A DNA stretch of 64,000 nt from assembly GCA_003427395.1 (NCBI GenBank), contig BFEA01000028.1:1786479-1850478 (forward strand), read 5' to 3'. The notes beneath the pieces are model-generated. The model was not told where the DNA came from, searched no databases, and worked only from the letters and a program-made list of their open reading frames with translations. The position numbers and the translations under genes are program-made. Position 1 is the stretch's first letter, and each line of letters starts with the position of its first letter. Of the stretch, positions 11,181-24,932 are shown piece after piece. Origin of the DNA: Chara braunii. Taxonomy: Eukaryota > Plantae > Charophyceae.

Positions 11181-14100
11181 TTAAGCAGTAGTGGTAGGTA
11201 GGTAGTGTAAGGCAAAAAAGAAATTTGAGAGAAGAATATAGTATAGTTAAAAATAAATAAGTAAAAAATAATAATAATGATCAACGAGCATCGCTCACCT
11301 TGAACTCTCGGGCTCCAAGGTCGTGTTCAGATCCAAAGGACCGAGTAAAACATTTCTTAATTATCTGGGCCAGGTCTACTTCAATTTTCTCAATTATCTG
11401 GGTCAGGTCTACCCTACCCGGTCGCCTAGGGTCACTTCAACAGTTATACGCGGTTGCTTTTCCTTGGGACTCCTGCAGTTGGGATACTAGCCTAAGGACT
11501 ATTCCCCGCAACTACTCTGGGGCAAGTCCCACCTACTTCTGCACATGATAGTTGACCACCACAGTGAGACCGGGTGTCGTGCGGGGAAATGTTCCACTTC
11601 CTTCGGCGGTATGATTTCTTTGAGGCGTGATGACCTCCTTAGGTTGGAGGATGAAATGTGGGACTGTTGGATTTTTTATTGGTGGTATTCGTCGCCGTGT
11701 GGTCATGTTTAAGGGCAGGTTTCATGTCATTATCCGGCTAAAAGGTCAGGGTTGCGGCGGCTTAGTCACATAAAGGCGGACCGTCTTGCAGGTGCCTGTT
11801 TGGAAATTTGGTATGTGTGTTATACTTGTATTTGCACACAGGGGGCATCCACTTTCTAGTGGTTTGCAGTGAAGCTAATAGTCAGTAATGCCCACTGATT
11901 CGCGTGAGGTAGCGGGTCCAGTTCTCATACAGTCAACGTGCAGAATGCATGGGCACGATAAATATCGTAAGGGTATGGACGTAGGACAACGAAGGGTTGT
12001 CAGGGTCAAATCCAGCAGCCAACATGAAGTGTGGTGTGCAACTCACGACGTAGTTCCACTTCAGCAATGCATCCCATATATATCGTCATCAACGGTGTTA
12101 ATTGACAATGCAGTTCCCAAGGGCAATTTGGTTATAACGTAATCATACAAACTCCATCTATGTAGGATAACGAACCGTCGTATGTTTAAATCCATAACAC
12201 TACGTTAATTGTAGCGCATGACCCACGACGATTTTTCACTTTATTGTTTTTTTTTTACGTGTCCATTGATAGTATTAATTGTGGTCATTGTTCGCCACTG
12301 GGGATATAAATGTTATGAAGTTTGTTGACGTTATGGTCTCACATGTTACTGTCGCGAAGGAGACGCGTTGGAAAACGGTTTGAACGCCCCCTCCGCTGTT
12401 GATCCTCAAGTTTTAGTATGGATTATCAGAAGGCCATCGTTTGCTCTTGTTAAGGACTGTTGCACCTTACTCATTGAATGGCAATAGTGTTTTGGCGTCC
12501 TTGGTTGAGCTTTTGTCATCACAACAAATCCCGACTGATGATGACCTCAAGTGATTCCGTTATATTTTTTTCATTGGTTGTCTGTTTGCACTTGTTGAAC
12601 TTCTCAATATAACCAAACCAATCTCTCCGTATAACGAAATTGAATCTCCTTGACGTCCTTGCTTGAGTATCCATATCCTTATAACTCTAATATCCATTAC
12701 ATCTGTCATTATCGACAATGTCTTTATTATAAACAAAATTTCACTGATTCTTGCACATCCGATGAGTACAGTTAAAGTTAGCATCGTTAGTGTTTCATTG
12801 ATTTCACCTTACAACATGAGTTCGCAATGCAATAAGCCTTAGAGTCGTCCCCCAAGTTGCCTTGCAAGTATTGTCGGAGTTTAAACCCTTATAAGGGTAC
12901 CTGCTAGGGATTATTAATATCAGACGTCGTCTGACTGTTTGCACGATTTGTTTGGAAAAAATGAGTTATTGAGATTGAAATATTTATCGAAAGTTATTTA
13001 GACCAAACCGATGAGCTATAGGAAATTGTTGAGTCCGGAGGCGTATCGACATCCGAAAGGGACTTATTGAGTCGGAATGCATGCCAACATCCGAAAATTA
13101 GCAGTTGTACTCCCTCATTAGTAAGATCGCAGGGACGTATTGTCGAGCGCATCGGTCCCCTCAGTGGGACCCTCCCGGCTATGTCACTCAGGATTTTGCT
13201 GGACTTGTCACGGAGAGTACTTGCCGCTCCGACCGAGTGCGCCAGCCGTATCTCTCGCGAGCCGCTATGATAAGATAGGGTCATGGAGGCACAACTTACC
13301 TCCACATGCAAGAGTTGTCACCATCCCTTGGGTAGGTGTATCCCCGTCGAGCTATCGGACCACATGTGAAGTTTTTTCGTATGCAATCACAGAGGTGGCC
13401 CAGCCTAGGGCGTTTCTCTTTCTCTGTAGCATAGGGGGTACGTGTGGTTAAGCTCGAATCGGATCCTCCCGCAAACCATGCCTCGAGGCGCTGATCTCTC
13501 AAACGTTATCCTACACCTTTCGACTAAGACAACCATTTTAACCACGCGATACACTATTTGACTAAAACTTAAGTCTACCTACAATATCGCGTCTACACTT
13601 TTTTTTCCACTCGACCCGTAACTCTTCTTGTTTTTTAGCGTGCAGGCACCACGTGCGAGGCTTCACATAAAATGGTCATTGTGGTGCAAGTTTTTGCTAT
13701 ATTGACTTAGCCATGCAAAAACTCGTGTGCAATCGCGTTGATGAGGTACTATGTAGTGCCCATAATCATGCGGTCCCCTCTAAAACATTGGGTCTCATTC
13801 GACACTAAGGTGTCGACTGACGCACGCACTAAATCCTTTAGTGAGCGTAAAAGCGGACTAAGCACCCTTCCATTTTTTGCACCTTGTTGTACACCATGAT
13901 GGGGTAGGGTAGGATGGCACTGAGGGCAGAAGGGAACTTGAAGTGGTGGTGAGTTGTATGGCGAACCACCAGCAACGCACTAACCCTTATACCCGGAAGT
14001 TGATCGTTCCGCCAATATAACTTTTAAACAAAAAAAACAAATTGTCGTACGAGCGTGAATGTGTAAATGTTCATAGACCTTGACCTAGACCAAACACATA

Positions 14101-15862
14101 CTGACGTTGACTAAAACGGTCGTATGCAAGAGAATATTCAAGTTGCACATAGTCCCTTTGCGAGTGTTTCAACCCATAACTTATTTCGCGTGAGACTTCA
14201 TGTGTAGTCTGTGTGCGAAAATGCTCAAGAGTGATGCGCGTGCTAGAAAAATCATAACATTTAATTATGCGAACTATTGCGGTCGACTATCATGACGACG
14301 CTTCACGTGTTACCCACAATTGTTCGACCCTCTGCAGACTTAAGCGTTGCGCACGACATTCAAGTGTCAGAGATGAGGTATCGTGAAGGAAATCTCCTTC
14401 ACGATATTAAACGGTTGAAGTATAAGTCGTTCGGCCCTTGTGGCGCCACTGTCCCTTAGGAAAACCGCTACGATAGGTAAGGCGCAAAGCTTCAACGCAT
14501 GGGGGAAACTCGTTTGTGTTGAATACAAACCTGGAATGTATAGACAAGGACCTCGAATTTCAGGTCTATGACCAATGTCCAACCAACTAATTCAAATAAC
14601 AAAAATAAGCATGCGCATTGTCGTAGGTAACAAGCGTGTGTGTATATGCGCGTGCCCTTGGCTATGCAAAGTAGGATGGTTGAATGAATCAGATAAAATG
14701 TTTGTATGACATCAGATGATCACTCTCACAATATTGATGTGGCTTGTCCATCAACATTCACACAATACACTAAATAATCACCAAAACTCAATTCATCACC
14801 TTCCATACATACATGAGATCACCAAACAATTAACAACAACATTCCACATACTAAGGAAGTCAATTTTACCATTCCCTACAATTCATACCCCGCCTTATGC
14901 ACACAAAACTCAATCATTCTCCACCATCCTATAACAAAACTGCTCAATCTTTAAAAATAGTCATTTAAAAATAAGTCCGAGTGAAAATCCCAACGAACAT
15001 ATAAAACCCCATAAGGGCTAAGGCTTTTGGTTGAGATGCAAAAACTGGTAACTCATGTCGTAAACAGACCTCTTATATACCGATACCAGAAGTTGATTGA
15101 TCATAAATAGATCAAGTTTAACTAGCCAAATTTTTGTCAAACGAAAATTTGCATCAAAGTATAGGCAAAAAAAAAATTGTATTTCTTAAGGATAGATGAA
15201 GAATATGCTCCTTATTATACCTTAACTCCTTTGCTAATTTTTCTCTTCTTTGTTATCGCATCCGATAAACATTTGGGCACTGTCTCCCCTCTATATAGGG
15301 TAGATTGCTAAACTCTCTCTATAAGGAAATAAATTAACTCCTCAAATTTAAGAAAACTTCGGCAACGCTTCCCATAGGAAAAATTGCATTTTCAATATTT
15401 TTATAAACTCAAAAAGACACTCCTTTTAGATTTGTAAAAATTCGACATCGCTTCCCGTAGGAAAAAAAATTGCCAAGATTTCTAAAAAGTTAAAAATGCA
15501 AAAACAAAGTACCACTACACTTAGGACCAACTTATGTCACTTATCTAACAGTTTGAACTAGCGATAGCCTACACGATTTTTGTTTTAAGATAGTATCACG
15601 AGCTACCACCAGTCATGACTCTTAATAAGGTCAATCCTATCTTATCCCAAGTTTCCCTCCCCATCATCAATTATAGTGTATTTATGACTCCAACACTTGA
15701 CGAGCATCTAAGCAACTAAGACTATCAAGAGATGCCCCTAAAGAGTACCTCAATAAAACATGCATAGTCAATGTCACTCTCAATCACATATTTGTTTTTG
15801 CCAAGTAGTTTGTTGGTCTCTCAATTATTTTAACCCTCTTTTATTTTATTTTTTATGGCATA

Positions 15863-16910
15863 AGATCAAACCGTCCCAACTTAGGGGTACACTTGACCTA
15901 CCGGAATGAGAATATAGGATACTTACGATTAAAACTTACATGGCAGTGAACGTATGACCAGACTGGACTAACTTAGGGGTACGCCCAACTTTTGTTAAAT
16001 TGACGACATGAGTCATAAAACTCAACTGTTCCAACTTAGGGGTATGTCTACTCAGCCTTAAACAAAGAGTAACATATGACATAGGATTAGACTGCCCCAA
16101 CTTAGGGGTACGTCTAACCTGCCTAAACAATCACGATCGATGTATAGTCAGACCACCCTAGCTTAAGGGTACGTCCAACCCACATAACATCAACGACATA
16201 TGGCATATGGCTTGGCCGCCCCAACTTAGGGGTACACCTATTTAACCTAAACAGTTTAAGATACATAAGGCAATATGATCAGACCGCTCCAACTTAGAAG
16301 TGCGCCCAATCGACCTAAACAATCACAAACGACGTGCGATTAAGCCGCCCCAATTTGGGGGTACGCTTAACCTTCGTAACAACAATTTGTACGACCATAA
16401 ATATTTTTTACAAACTTTATGACTCTCTGTCTTCTTAGTTAAATGATTAGACCTACCCAACTTAGGGAGACATCCATTCTTGCCTTAGTTATGTTTAAAA
16501 TAAATAAACATTTTATACTAACTCTCTGTAGTTTTACGTTATCATAGGCATAAGTCTGAACCGGGGTACGCCCAGTCTGTTTGGGTTACCTTCACATTGT
16601 AGTCTTAGTTTGCTTCTCTTCTCTTTTTGTTATTCTCGACTTATTAATTGGACCTCCCAACTTAGGATGCCTAGTCTGTCGAATGGTATAATTGTGTATA
16701 ATATACATATGTATAAAATTTTATACTTTAATTTACTATTAATTCATAGCTTATAACTAGGCCGCCCTAACTTAGTGTTACGCCTAGTTTCATGCTTTTG
16801 TTCCCCTCAAAAGAAAACACATAGAACTCGGTCCACGCAACTTAGAATTTTGTTTCAATAACCCAAAAGAAAAACATAAGGAATTTGAGTCTCACAACTT
16901 AGGGTGTTCG
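15863..16910. repeat. Degenerate ~60-65-bp repeat array with core CCCCAACTTAGGGGTACG
   Basis: Core copies at about 15875, 15967, 16031, 16095, 16156, 16219, 16288, 16347, 16456, 16656, 16765 and 16895. Confidence 0.85.
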
Positions 16911-17206
16911 TCCACCTGTCCAGAAACCCTCAAAAGAAACAACTAACTGAACCGTCAAACCTAGAATAGCTCCAATCCTTAAAGGTCATGCATTCAGCCC
17001 AACAGACAAAATTAAAACATAGCACTGAACCACTCAACTTAGAGTGATTCAACCTTTCGTTAACCCGGACAAACGCAAGCAAACACCTTTCTCCCACCTT
17101 CCCCCTTTTATTTTTTCTTAGTTCAAACAGATAAATGATTTGATTTTTATGCACATTTCATTCCTTCAATTCATAATAATCTTGAAATAAGATATAAGCA
17201 AAAGTT

Positions 17207-17887
17207 GAGTAGCGGATGGCCCAGTGGTTAGGGCACCGGTTGAAAATGCACATTGTGGTATGAGGTTGTGGGTTCAAATCCGCAACCTCGAGCATATGCC
17301 GCGGACAAGGCGTTAGGTTCACACACTACCAGTCACACACTGAGTGGGCATGCTCCAAGGGGTACAATGTACGCATGGTGAGACAACAGGTTTGAATTGA
17401 GGATCCACCGGCCACGATGCCCATCATTCGCTGACCCCCAACGACACATTTTGATCCCCGTAACAGTTGAACGTGTGGTTCCTCTTGGGGTTGCTGGAGG
17501 CCATGGGGGGAGACGGCTCCGGAAAGGGGTAAACCCAATGATGAGTATCCGGAAGGGGTGAAGGGTTCGCCCCCTTCCTAGCAGAGGATCACTAACCTCT
17601 CGCTGTGCCTGGTGTCTGGGTGCTGACGCCTCCAGGAGGGGCGCATCGAGGGGCATACAGGACCCTTGTATTCGGGGTGGGTGCACCCTGAAGCTTGCGG
17701 CCCGATAGTGCCGGTTTGGGTCGATGCTCCCGGGTGCGTGTGAGGTGGAGCGCTGCTATCTTGAGAGAGTGGGTGTGACCCGCCGCCCCGACCGATGGGC
17801 TGCACCCAGTACGTGAAGCCCGCTGCCGGACATCCTTCCCTGGGTAATCTCCCCAACATCTCACAACCCTTAAAAAAAAAAAAAAAA
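17207..17887 (+). mobile_element. Full-length tRNA-derived SINE (~680 bp)
   Basis: A box TGGCCCAGTGG (17217-17227), B box GGTTCAAATCC (17271-17281), GC-rich body within AT-rich flanks, and an A16 tail at 17872-17887. Candidate TSD AAAAGTT at 17200-17206 and 17884-17890. Confidence 0.8.
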
Positions 17888-19167
17888 GTTAAAGGNAAAC
17901 AGTTCAAATTATATTCTCATTCTTAAATAGACGGTAGTAGAATTAGGGGAATACGACATCATCCGTGTAAAACGAAGTTATACCTGAGTGTTCCCTGCCT
18001 CCAGAACCCCGCTTGGGCTCCGACAGAGCTCCCACAATCGGTGGGCTGACCCCCCACAAGGTCCTAATGCGGATTACGGGTTGCAACCCCGCCTGCCGCC
18101 TTCCTCTCCCGTACCATAGATTAGACTGAGAGAAAGAAAAATAAAATAAGTAAGTTCAGTCTCTCGAGGTACAGAAGGGGGTCAACTCAGACTCGCACGA
18201 GAGGGCATTGAAACCTTTGGTCTCCTGATCCATTAACCGCTAGTGAAGGGCCCCGCAATGATGACAAAACACGCAACAGCGGAGGCGGTCAGACCACAGC
18301 CAGAACGCAGAGTACCAGCCCCCTGACAAACCTCCAAATCACAGCAGTGATCCCCCCCTGACCAAATCATAGTTACGCAACCTAAAAAGGCTGCATTTGA
18401 ATAGAGCATACCCCCGTGCTCTATTCAGAGTGTAAACGAAACTGGGCAATACTCAATTAAACAACACTATTCGTTGTAGCAAAGCGCATCGCAGTGCGTA
18501 GCGTAAGAACAACGCAAGCACAATATACACAATAAGGGTATGACAAGAGTGTGGCAGACGCACAACCGACACACGACAAGCGCACAACCAATGTACTACA
18601 TAAGTCAGTGTGCATAACAGATCCACGACATCCGTGCCCAACAAACCCGGCGACGCACCGTAATTTCACAGTGTTGTGCAACAGATGTATCGCATAATGG
18701 ACAGCTAACACCGCAAGCACCCAACAAAACACAGCAAGGTCCAACAACTGACAGCAAGCAACACCTATTTACTCCACGCCCCGAGACCGCAAGACCACCA
18801 CCCGAAAAACAATATATTTGAACGAACCACTGACCCTTTGGCTCGCACCCGGACGTGGACTCATTAAAGACCAAATAGTCGAAGTTGTCCTGAAATCAGG
18901 AGCCCGCTAATATGACGTCGACGAAGAACCGAAGTTATGAACTCAAAGGGTTACTGAAAGTGTATACTCACCACCACCATTAGTGTTACGGAGCTCGGTG
19001 CCCAGGTCATGAATGTACCATCGCTCTAGCCTTACTACAGCAACAAGCAAACTGTGGTCCTCGGCAATAGCAACCGAACTACATCCAGATGTCCGTCATG
19101 TAGACCATCGTCGAGATGTGGTACGTACCCTCACATCAAATCCTCTCTCAGCAGACCGCAGCCTCGA

Positions 19168-19279
19168 CTATCCTGAGGGGAACTTCGAGAGGAACCAACT
19201 ACCGGACGGTCCGATTAGCCTTTCGCCCCTATACTCAAAGTCTGACGATTGATTCGCACGTCAGTATTGCTGCGAGCCT
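19168..19279 (-). pseudogene. 25S/28S rRNA fragment (degenerate)
   Basis: ctatcctgaggggaacttcgagaggaaccaactaccggacggtccgattagcctttcgcccctatactcaaagtctgacgattgattcgcacgtcagtattgctgcgagcct is the antisense of the conserved LSU segment at the LR5 primer site, with many substitutions. Confidence 0.9.
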
Positions 19280-21796
19280 GATGAAGGAGAGTGTCATAGC
19301 TTGATGAATCAATCATCAGATGTGTTGACTGTAGTTGACGTTCAAAACAAAAACTGCACACCTGAGACGTTAAACAAATTATGTTCAAATAAAATATGAC
19401 CCTATTCTTCCGGCATAGCAGCAACCTCTTTCTCTCACTAGCACTGACGCTAAACTGACCATGAGTAGCAATACGCTGCCCAAAGCTACAACAACAGCAA
19501 TACGATAAGCACCTCATAGCAACACCCAAGATAATAGTGTCACTCCAATGTCACCGACTATGCCCTGCCTGACAACTCAATAGATAAAAAACGTATAGGT
19601 TGGGTTTCAAAAGTTAACCGCAGTTCCCAAATCATCAGCACCATGAGGATTCAAGCACCGCAGATCTTTGTGGTGGCAATATTAAGTCTCGGTTGACATT
19701 CGCATGGAGCACCATGCCTCATGAAATCTAGAAAAAAACACTCAATCAGTAGGTCCTTGCTATGTCTAGACCTGGCGAGTTGGACGAGACTCAGGCCAAT
19801 CGGGTACCGAAATAAATACAGCAGTGGATGGCTAATGACTCAATCGCAATTATGTTTCTGTTCTATTACTTCACTGCTTCTTCTTTCGTCGCTTTTTACC
19901 TCCTTGGGCCCCTTTTTTTCCATTCATCTTCTCTCATCACTTCCCCCCAACACACCTTTCTCTCTTACTCCTTTCTCTCTCTTTTTTTTTCACAGTCCCT
20001 GCCTCCTCAATCGTTATTTTTCCTTCTCGACATTGCACATGGCCAAAATTTCAGCCAGGTTCATACAATTTATAATGACTAGGCGAACCCCCTTAATGAG
20101 CAACTAGGCTGCTCAGGCGTCGCCATGATGAGGAACACAAACCAAGAACGAGTGCAATCAGATAGCCATATAACATGACCGTGAAATCCAGTTCGATGCG
20201 GGCAAAGACCATAATGAATCTCCCCCTGAACTGAGGGAATAAATATTTTTAGAAATGAGAATGAGTCTTCCGTTAAAACATGGGAAGATACAGTACCGTT
20301 CCAACTTGAATTAAATTCCTACAACACCAAGTACGCCCATTTGTCACTATTATGAGACCTTATTCCTCCTTTCCTTATCCCAACTTCCTCTCAATTGTAT
20401 TCGCTTTCCTTCCCTTTTCTACGGTATTTGGCCCTAATCTCGTTCATGTGCACAACACAATAAAAAACATTAGGGATGCGTACACCATGAGGACGAACAC
20501 GATGACCTGCTCAAAGACCACAACTACTATGCGCAACATGATGGTGTGCGTTGTCATGACGATGGTCTATGTGTCCGAAATTCGATTCAATGGGGTTTTC
20601 TCATTGAACAGTTCAACGGTCGTTGAACCCCCGTTACAACGCCTCGCTATACCGTGTTAGAACGTGGTACAACTCGGCCCGCGAATATTTTTTTCGCAGG
20701 CAAAAAATAATAAAAGGAAAAAAAAAATAAATGGGGGTGTAGATTTTTTTGCGCTCTACATCCCCATATTTTTATTTTTATTTTTTGAGCCTTTAAATTA
20801 TTTAAAAAAAATAAAAAACCTAACCAGACTCAAAATATATCGATTTTTTTTNNNNNNNNNNNNNNNNNNNNNNNNNNNNNNNNNNNNNNNNNNNNNNNNN
20901 NNNNNNNNNNNNNNNNNNNNNNNNNNNNNNNNNNNNNNNNNNNNNNNNNNNNNNNNNNNNNNNNNNNNNNNNNNNNNNNNNNNNNNNNNNNNNNNNNNNN
21001 NNNNNNNNNNNNNNNNNNNNNNNNNNNNNNNNNNNNNNNNNNNNNNNNNNNNNNNNNNNNNNNNNNNNNNNNNNNNNNNNNNNNNACTTACTTACTCGGG
21101 GTTTGAAAGCTGTTTTTTTCGGGTTTTTTTTTTTTAATAACTGCGTGGGTGACAGCGGCATAGTTTCAAATTCGCAAGAATAATAGTCCACTGCAAGCTT
21201 GGGCGAAGACCAGTTCGAAACTGCAAGAAAAACAGTAAGTTGTGCATTCGACGACCTACCCGTTCGATAATTGGCAAAAGCGGGGGGAGGTCGCCGACCG
21301 TGGTGTCAGTAGTGAAGAGGCCGTCAGGAAAGAAACTTTGTTTTTCCCTTTGGACCCCTGTGGTGGCCGGCGTGTGGAGACATGACCTATACAGTTGCAT
21401 TTGCTGAATGAATCGGTCGTTGGGGCATGGCAAGATACACGAAGTTGCAAAAAAAAATAAAAAAAAAAAAAAAATTAAAAAATGAATCTATCTAGATACA
21501 GCTCCGACCGTTCTTACCTAAGATAGAGTTGTGACAGTGTGAAGGATGCATATCACTTCGTAGATTCCTGGATTTGACGACATGATAGTCGTTGTGCAAG
21601 GTTCCCTGCTCTCAGCACATGAAAGTTTTCAGAAAAAAAAAAAAAAAAAAAAAAGTTTTCAACAACGACCAACTCCCAAGACTTCATCCGTGCTATTTTG
21701 CTGTGGAGGATGGACGATCTACGGTTGAAGATGATGCCACCTCTGACTGTTCCACTGTTTTTTACTTTTTTTTTCACTACATTTTTTTGGTCCCCT

Positions 21797-21962
21797 GGGC
21801 CGAGTCCCACTAGCAAAGAGGATAGGATCAAACTCCTGAATTTGCATGTGTTTTATAGAGAGGTGCAGAAAAGCAGTTCAATCTCGATTTCCTGCACCTC
21901 TCCACAATTACGTCCAGATTCAAGCATTCGATCCTATCCTCTGTGCTAGTGGGACCACGCCC
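21797..21962. mobile_element. Foldback MITE (Harbinger-like termini), with a partial second copy at about 22021-22125
   Basis: gtcccactagcaaagaggataggatc pairs with gatcctatcctctgtgctagtgggac. The inner arms agaggtgcag/ctgcacctct also pair. No clean TSD. Confidence 0.6.
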
Positions 21963-22316
21963 CTGTGCATGTGGTAACAGGTGGATCCAGGCCCTACACT
22001 GGTGGATTGGGGGCGAGCTCCGACTAGCAAATGGACGTGTTCAATCTTGATTTTCTGCACCTTTCCTACAAAGACGTCCAGATGCAGGCATTCAATCCAA
22101 TCCTCTTTGCGAGTGGGACCTGGCCTTCGGTAACTGAATTCTAGAACATGGCATGATACAAACGAGCGTAAAAAAAAAAAAAACGAACTTCAACAACAAT
22201 AAAAAATAAAAATAAAAAAATTATCAGAACGATTTCGTAGCGCCGCCAAAACAAAAGTCACTACAACTGAAATCGGACCACTCCCACACCAGCTGAAAAT
22301 GCCACCTGGGACACTA

Positions 22317-22421
22317 CCGTCTTCCCCCGAACATAACGCATCCTGAAATTGAACATATACAAGCTATATTTCCAGTCCGGTGCAGCCGAGATGAGGGTGC
22401 GCTGTGTTTGGGGGAAGACGG
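22317..22421. mobile_element. Tc1/mariner (pogo/Tc2-like) MITE, 105 bp
   Basis: TA|CCGTCTTCCCCCGAACATAACGCA...TGCGCTGTGTTTGGGGGAAGACGG|TA, with a TA TSD. Confidence 0.85.
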
Positions 22422-24932
22422 TAGCTTCCTTGGAGAGACTTGGCCTATACAGCTCGGTCGTGGCACGCGCGGAAAAAAAAGCAAAAAAAGTTGAAGGTGC
22501 GAAAAAACAAAAAAACAAAAAAAAACATGACCGACACCTTCCGTTTTTGCCAATTATCGAACCGGTAGGCCCTTCGAACGCGCAGTTTACTGTTTTTCTT
22601 GCTGTTTTGAACTGGCCTTTGCCCAAGCTTGCAGTGGACTGTTATTCCTGCGAATTTCAAACTGTGCAGCAGGCACAGAAACAGTTGTCTTTTTTTTTTT
22701 TTACTTTTTCTTTTCACTCACTTGCGCGGTGGCTATATATATATGGGGCCTGTAGTTCATTGTCTGGGCCTGGCGTCCGAAGTTCCCGTTCGACAAGGTT
22801 CGTCCGATTCCGCTTCCACCAAGGATTGGGCAATCTATCAGCCGTGGTGCCTATCACTACTGTTCGGTCCAAGTTGCCTGTCCGTTGGTAGGGCAATGGT
22901 CCTGAGTGCTGGTCACACTGAGGTATAATAGTGGGATAGGGGGTGCGCTAGGAGTATTGACGTGAGGATGGGTTGGGAGGTGGTCTCATATTCCAGGACA
23001 CCCATGGCTCACAGTTCTAGGTGATCACTGTGCACACACTGGCTGGCCTCTACAACACCTTAGGACACCCACGACTCACAGTTTTAGGATTGGTAAGGGG
23101 CAAAAAAAAACAAAAAGAACAAAAAAAAATTCGACGGGATTCAACGGGCATTCAACGGGGATTCAACGGGGATTCAACGGGATGATTTTGTTTTTGCTCC
23201 ACGCACGCCCAGCGACGTGTCCGAGGCCCAATGTGCCCTCCCCGTTGAACATTATTTAACGGGGAGGGCCCGTTGTACTATTCAACGGGGATTCAACGGG
23301 GCCCCGAGGGCTATTCAACGGGTACAACGACGTTGAAACTTTTCCGTTGCACGTTGAATAGACACATAGACGATAGTGATAAGGACGACAATGATGCACT
23401 ACGTCGGGATCGCAATGGGGAACTCGAATGCGGTGCCAGAATCACGACTACGAGCGGGATCGCAATGGGGAACTCGAATGCGGTGCCAGAATCACGACTA
23501 CGAGTACGCAAAAATAGCGCAGTCTCAATGGTGAGTACAATCAGCAGCCTAATCTCAACAAAGAACACGGTCAGCAACAGCGAAGACCCTGATGTAGATC
23601 ACGAATAGTGCGGCCCCGCCTCAGTACGCCACCAAATACGCAAAGATGAGAATGGATCTTCCGCTAGAAAATTGGAAGATGCTTTACCATCTTCTGCGCC
23701 ATGTCCAACACACCACCCGACTCCTTGCAGCTCTACTCTTGGTTCATCCCCCATCGCCAGTTCTTTAAGGCAAGTACCCCCTCTCCCTCTCTCGAGTGCA
23801 CGTTATCCCCTTATGCTCCGTTTGTACACATTCGTTCTCAATCATGCAAGAGTGTCATGTCTAGTCGATGTATATTCCGCTAGAGCACGAACAGATTCAT
23901 CGCTAACTTGGGGCAATCACATGGCGTCAAGAGGACGATCTCGACCAAGAGGTAAGCCCATTCATTCCTCGTTTCTCGCTTCCTACTCTCCTTCGATCTC
24001 CTAACTTGAATTTCCCGTGCCTTGATTTCGATGCGTCTTCCCATACCCTCGGCCAAGTACATGCAACTCTGAGGAACGCAACTACGATGCGCAAAACGAT
24101 CACCGTGACGAGCTGCACCGGGGCGATGGCGAACATCAGAAAAAATGAGGCGACGAAGCGCGTGACAATGACGACCTTCATTTATGTACAGTCGAAGCTG
24201 CCTTGCGTGCAGTATAACCGCCACAAATATGAACATTGTTGGGGATGAAAACGTCGACCTCGAGGAGTAGCACAGCCGACGGATACTAGCACACAGAGCA
24301 ACATGATCACGAGGATTGTGATGACGAACAACAGTCCAACGAACCTTAGGATGATATTGGCAGTGAACACGAAGGCCGACAGCCCGATCACAGTGAATAC
24401 AATCACCATCAGCATAAAAAAATGTGAATGAATCTTTTGCTAGAACATTGGAAGATACACCCCTATTGAGTACGCGATCATCATGTTGTGCCCGAACTGG
24501 ATGATCTCCATCATGGAGGTATGCGCCTCTGCTCATACATTGTTTCAACATGTTTTCAATAAATGGATCAACAGTTAAACACAGTATAATTTGTTTGCGA
24601 CACGTGTGATCAACGTTGAATTCCTTCACTTCTGGTGGACCACATGACACCTCCATCGTCAAACAGTTTATCAACACAGTTCCAACGGTTTATAAATGGG
24701 GCCCACATGTGATAATCCTGTCTCAAAAATCGCCATAATTTTTATATTGATTGCATTAACCTTGTTGACTGAATAAAACTAATTATCACATTCTTCGAGA
24801 CGTTGTTGACCTTAACAAAGATGAATATCATTGTTACATAGGTCCCGAAGAGGGTAACTTACCTGGTTAATATGAAGAGGAAGATTGTGATTAAGGACAA
24901 CAACCACCAACTGCAATGAGAAAAATAAAAGG

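Larger units (their letters stand above)
20567..23369. mobile_element. Non-autonomous hAT-like DNA transposon (~2.8 kb, contains N gap)
   Basis: TIR CTATGTGTC...GACACATAG with an 8-bp TSD ACGATGGT (20559-20566) / ACGATAGT (23370-23377). Subterminal ATTCAACGGG(G) repeats at both ends, densest at 23130-23335. Confidence 0.7.

Noticed and set aside
15863-16910. CRISPR array
   Set aside because: The repeats are degenerate, the linkers are homologous to each other with period three, there are no cas genes, and the context is eukaryotic.
23880-24677. 265-aa ORF and overlapping hydrophobic ORFs
   Set aside because: Non-ATG start, repetitive ACGA/GAT-biased sequence open in several frames, and no recognisable domain.
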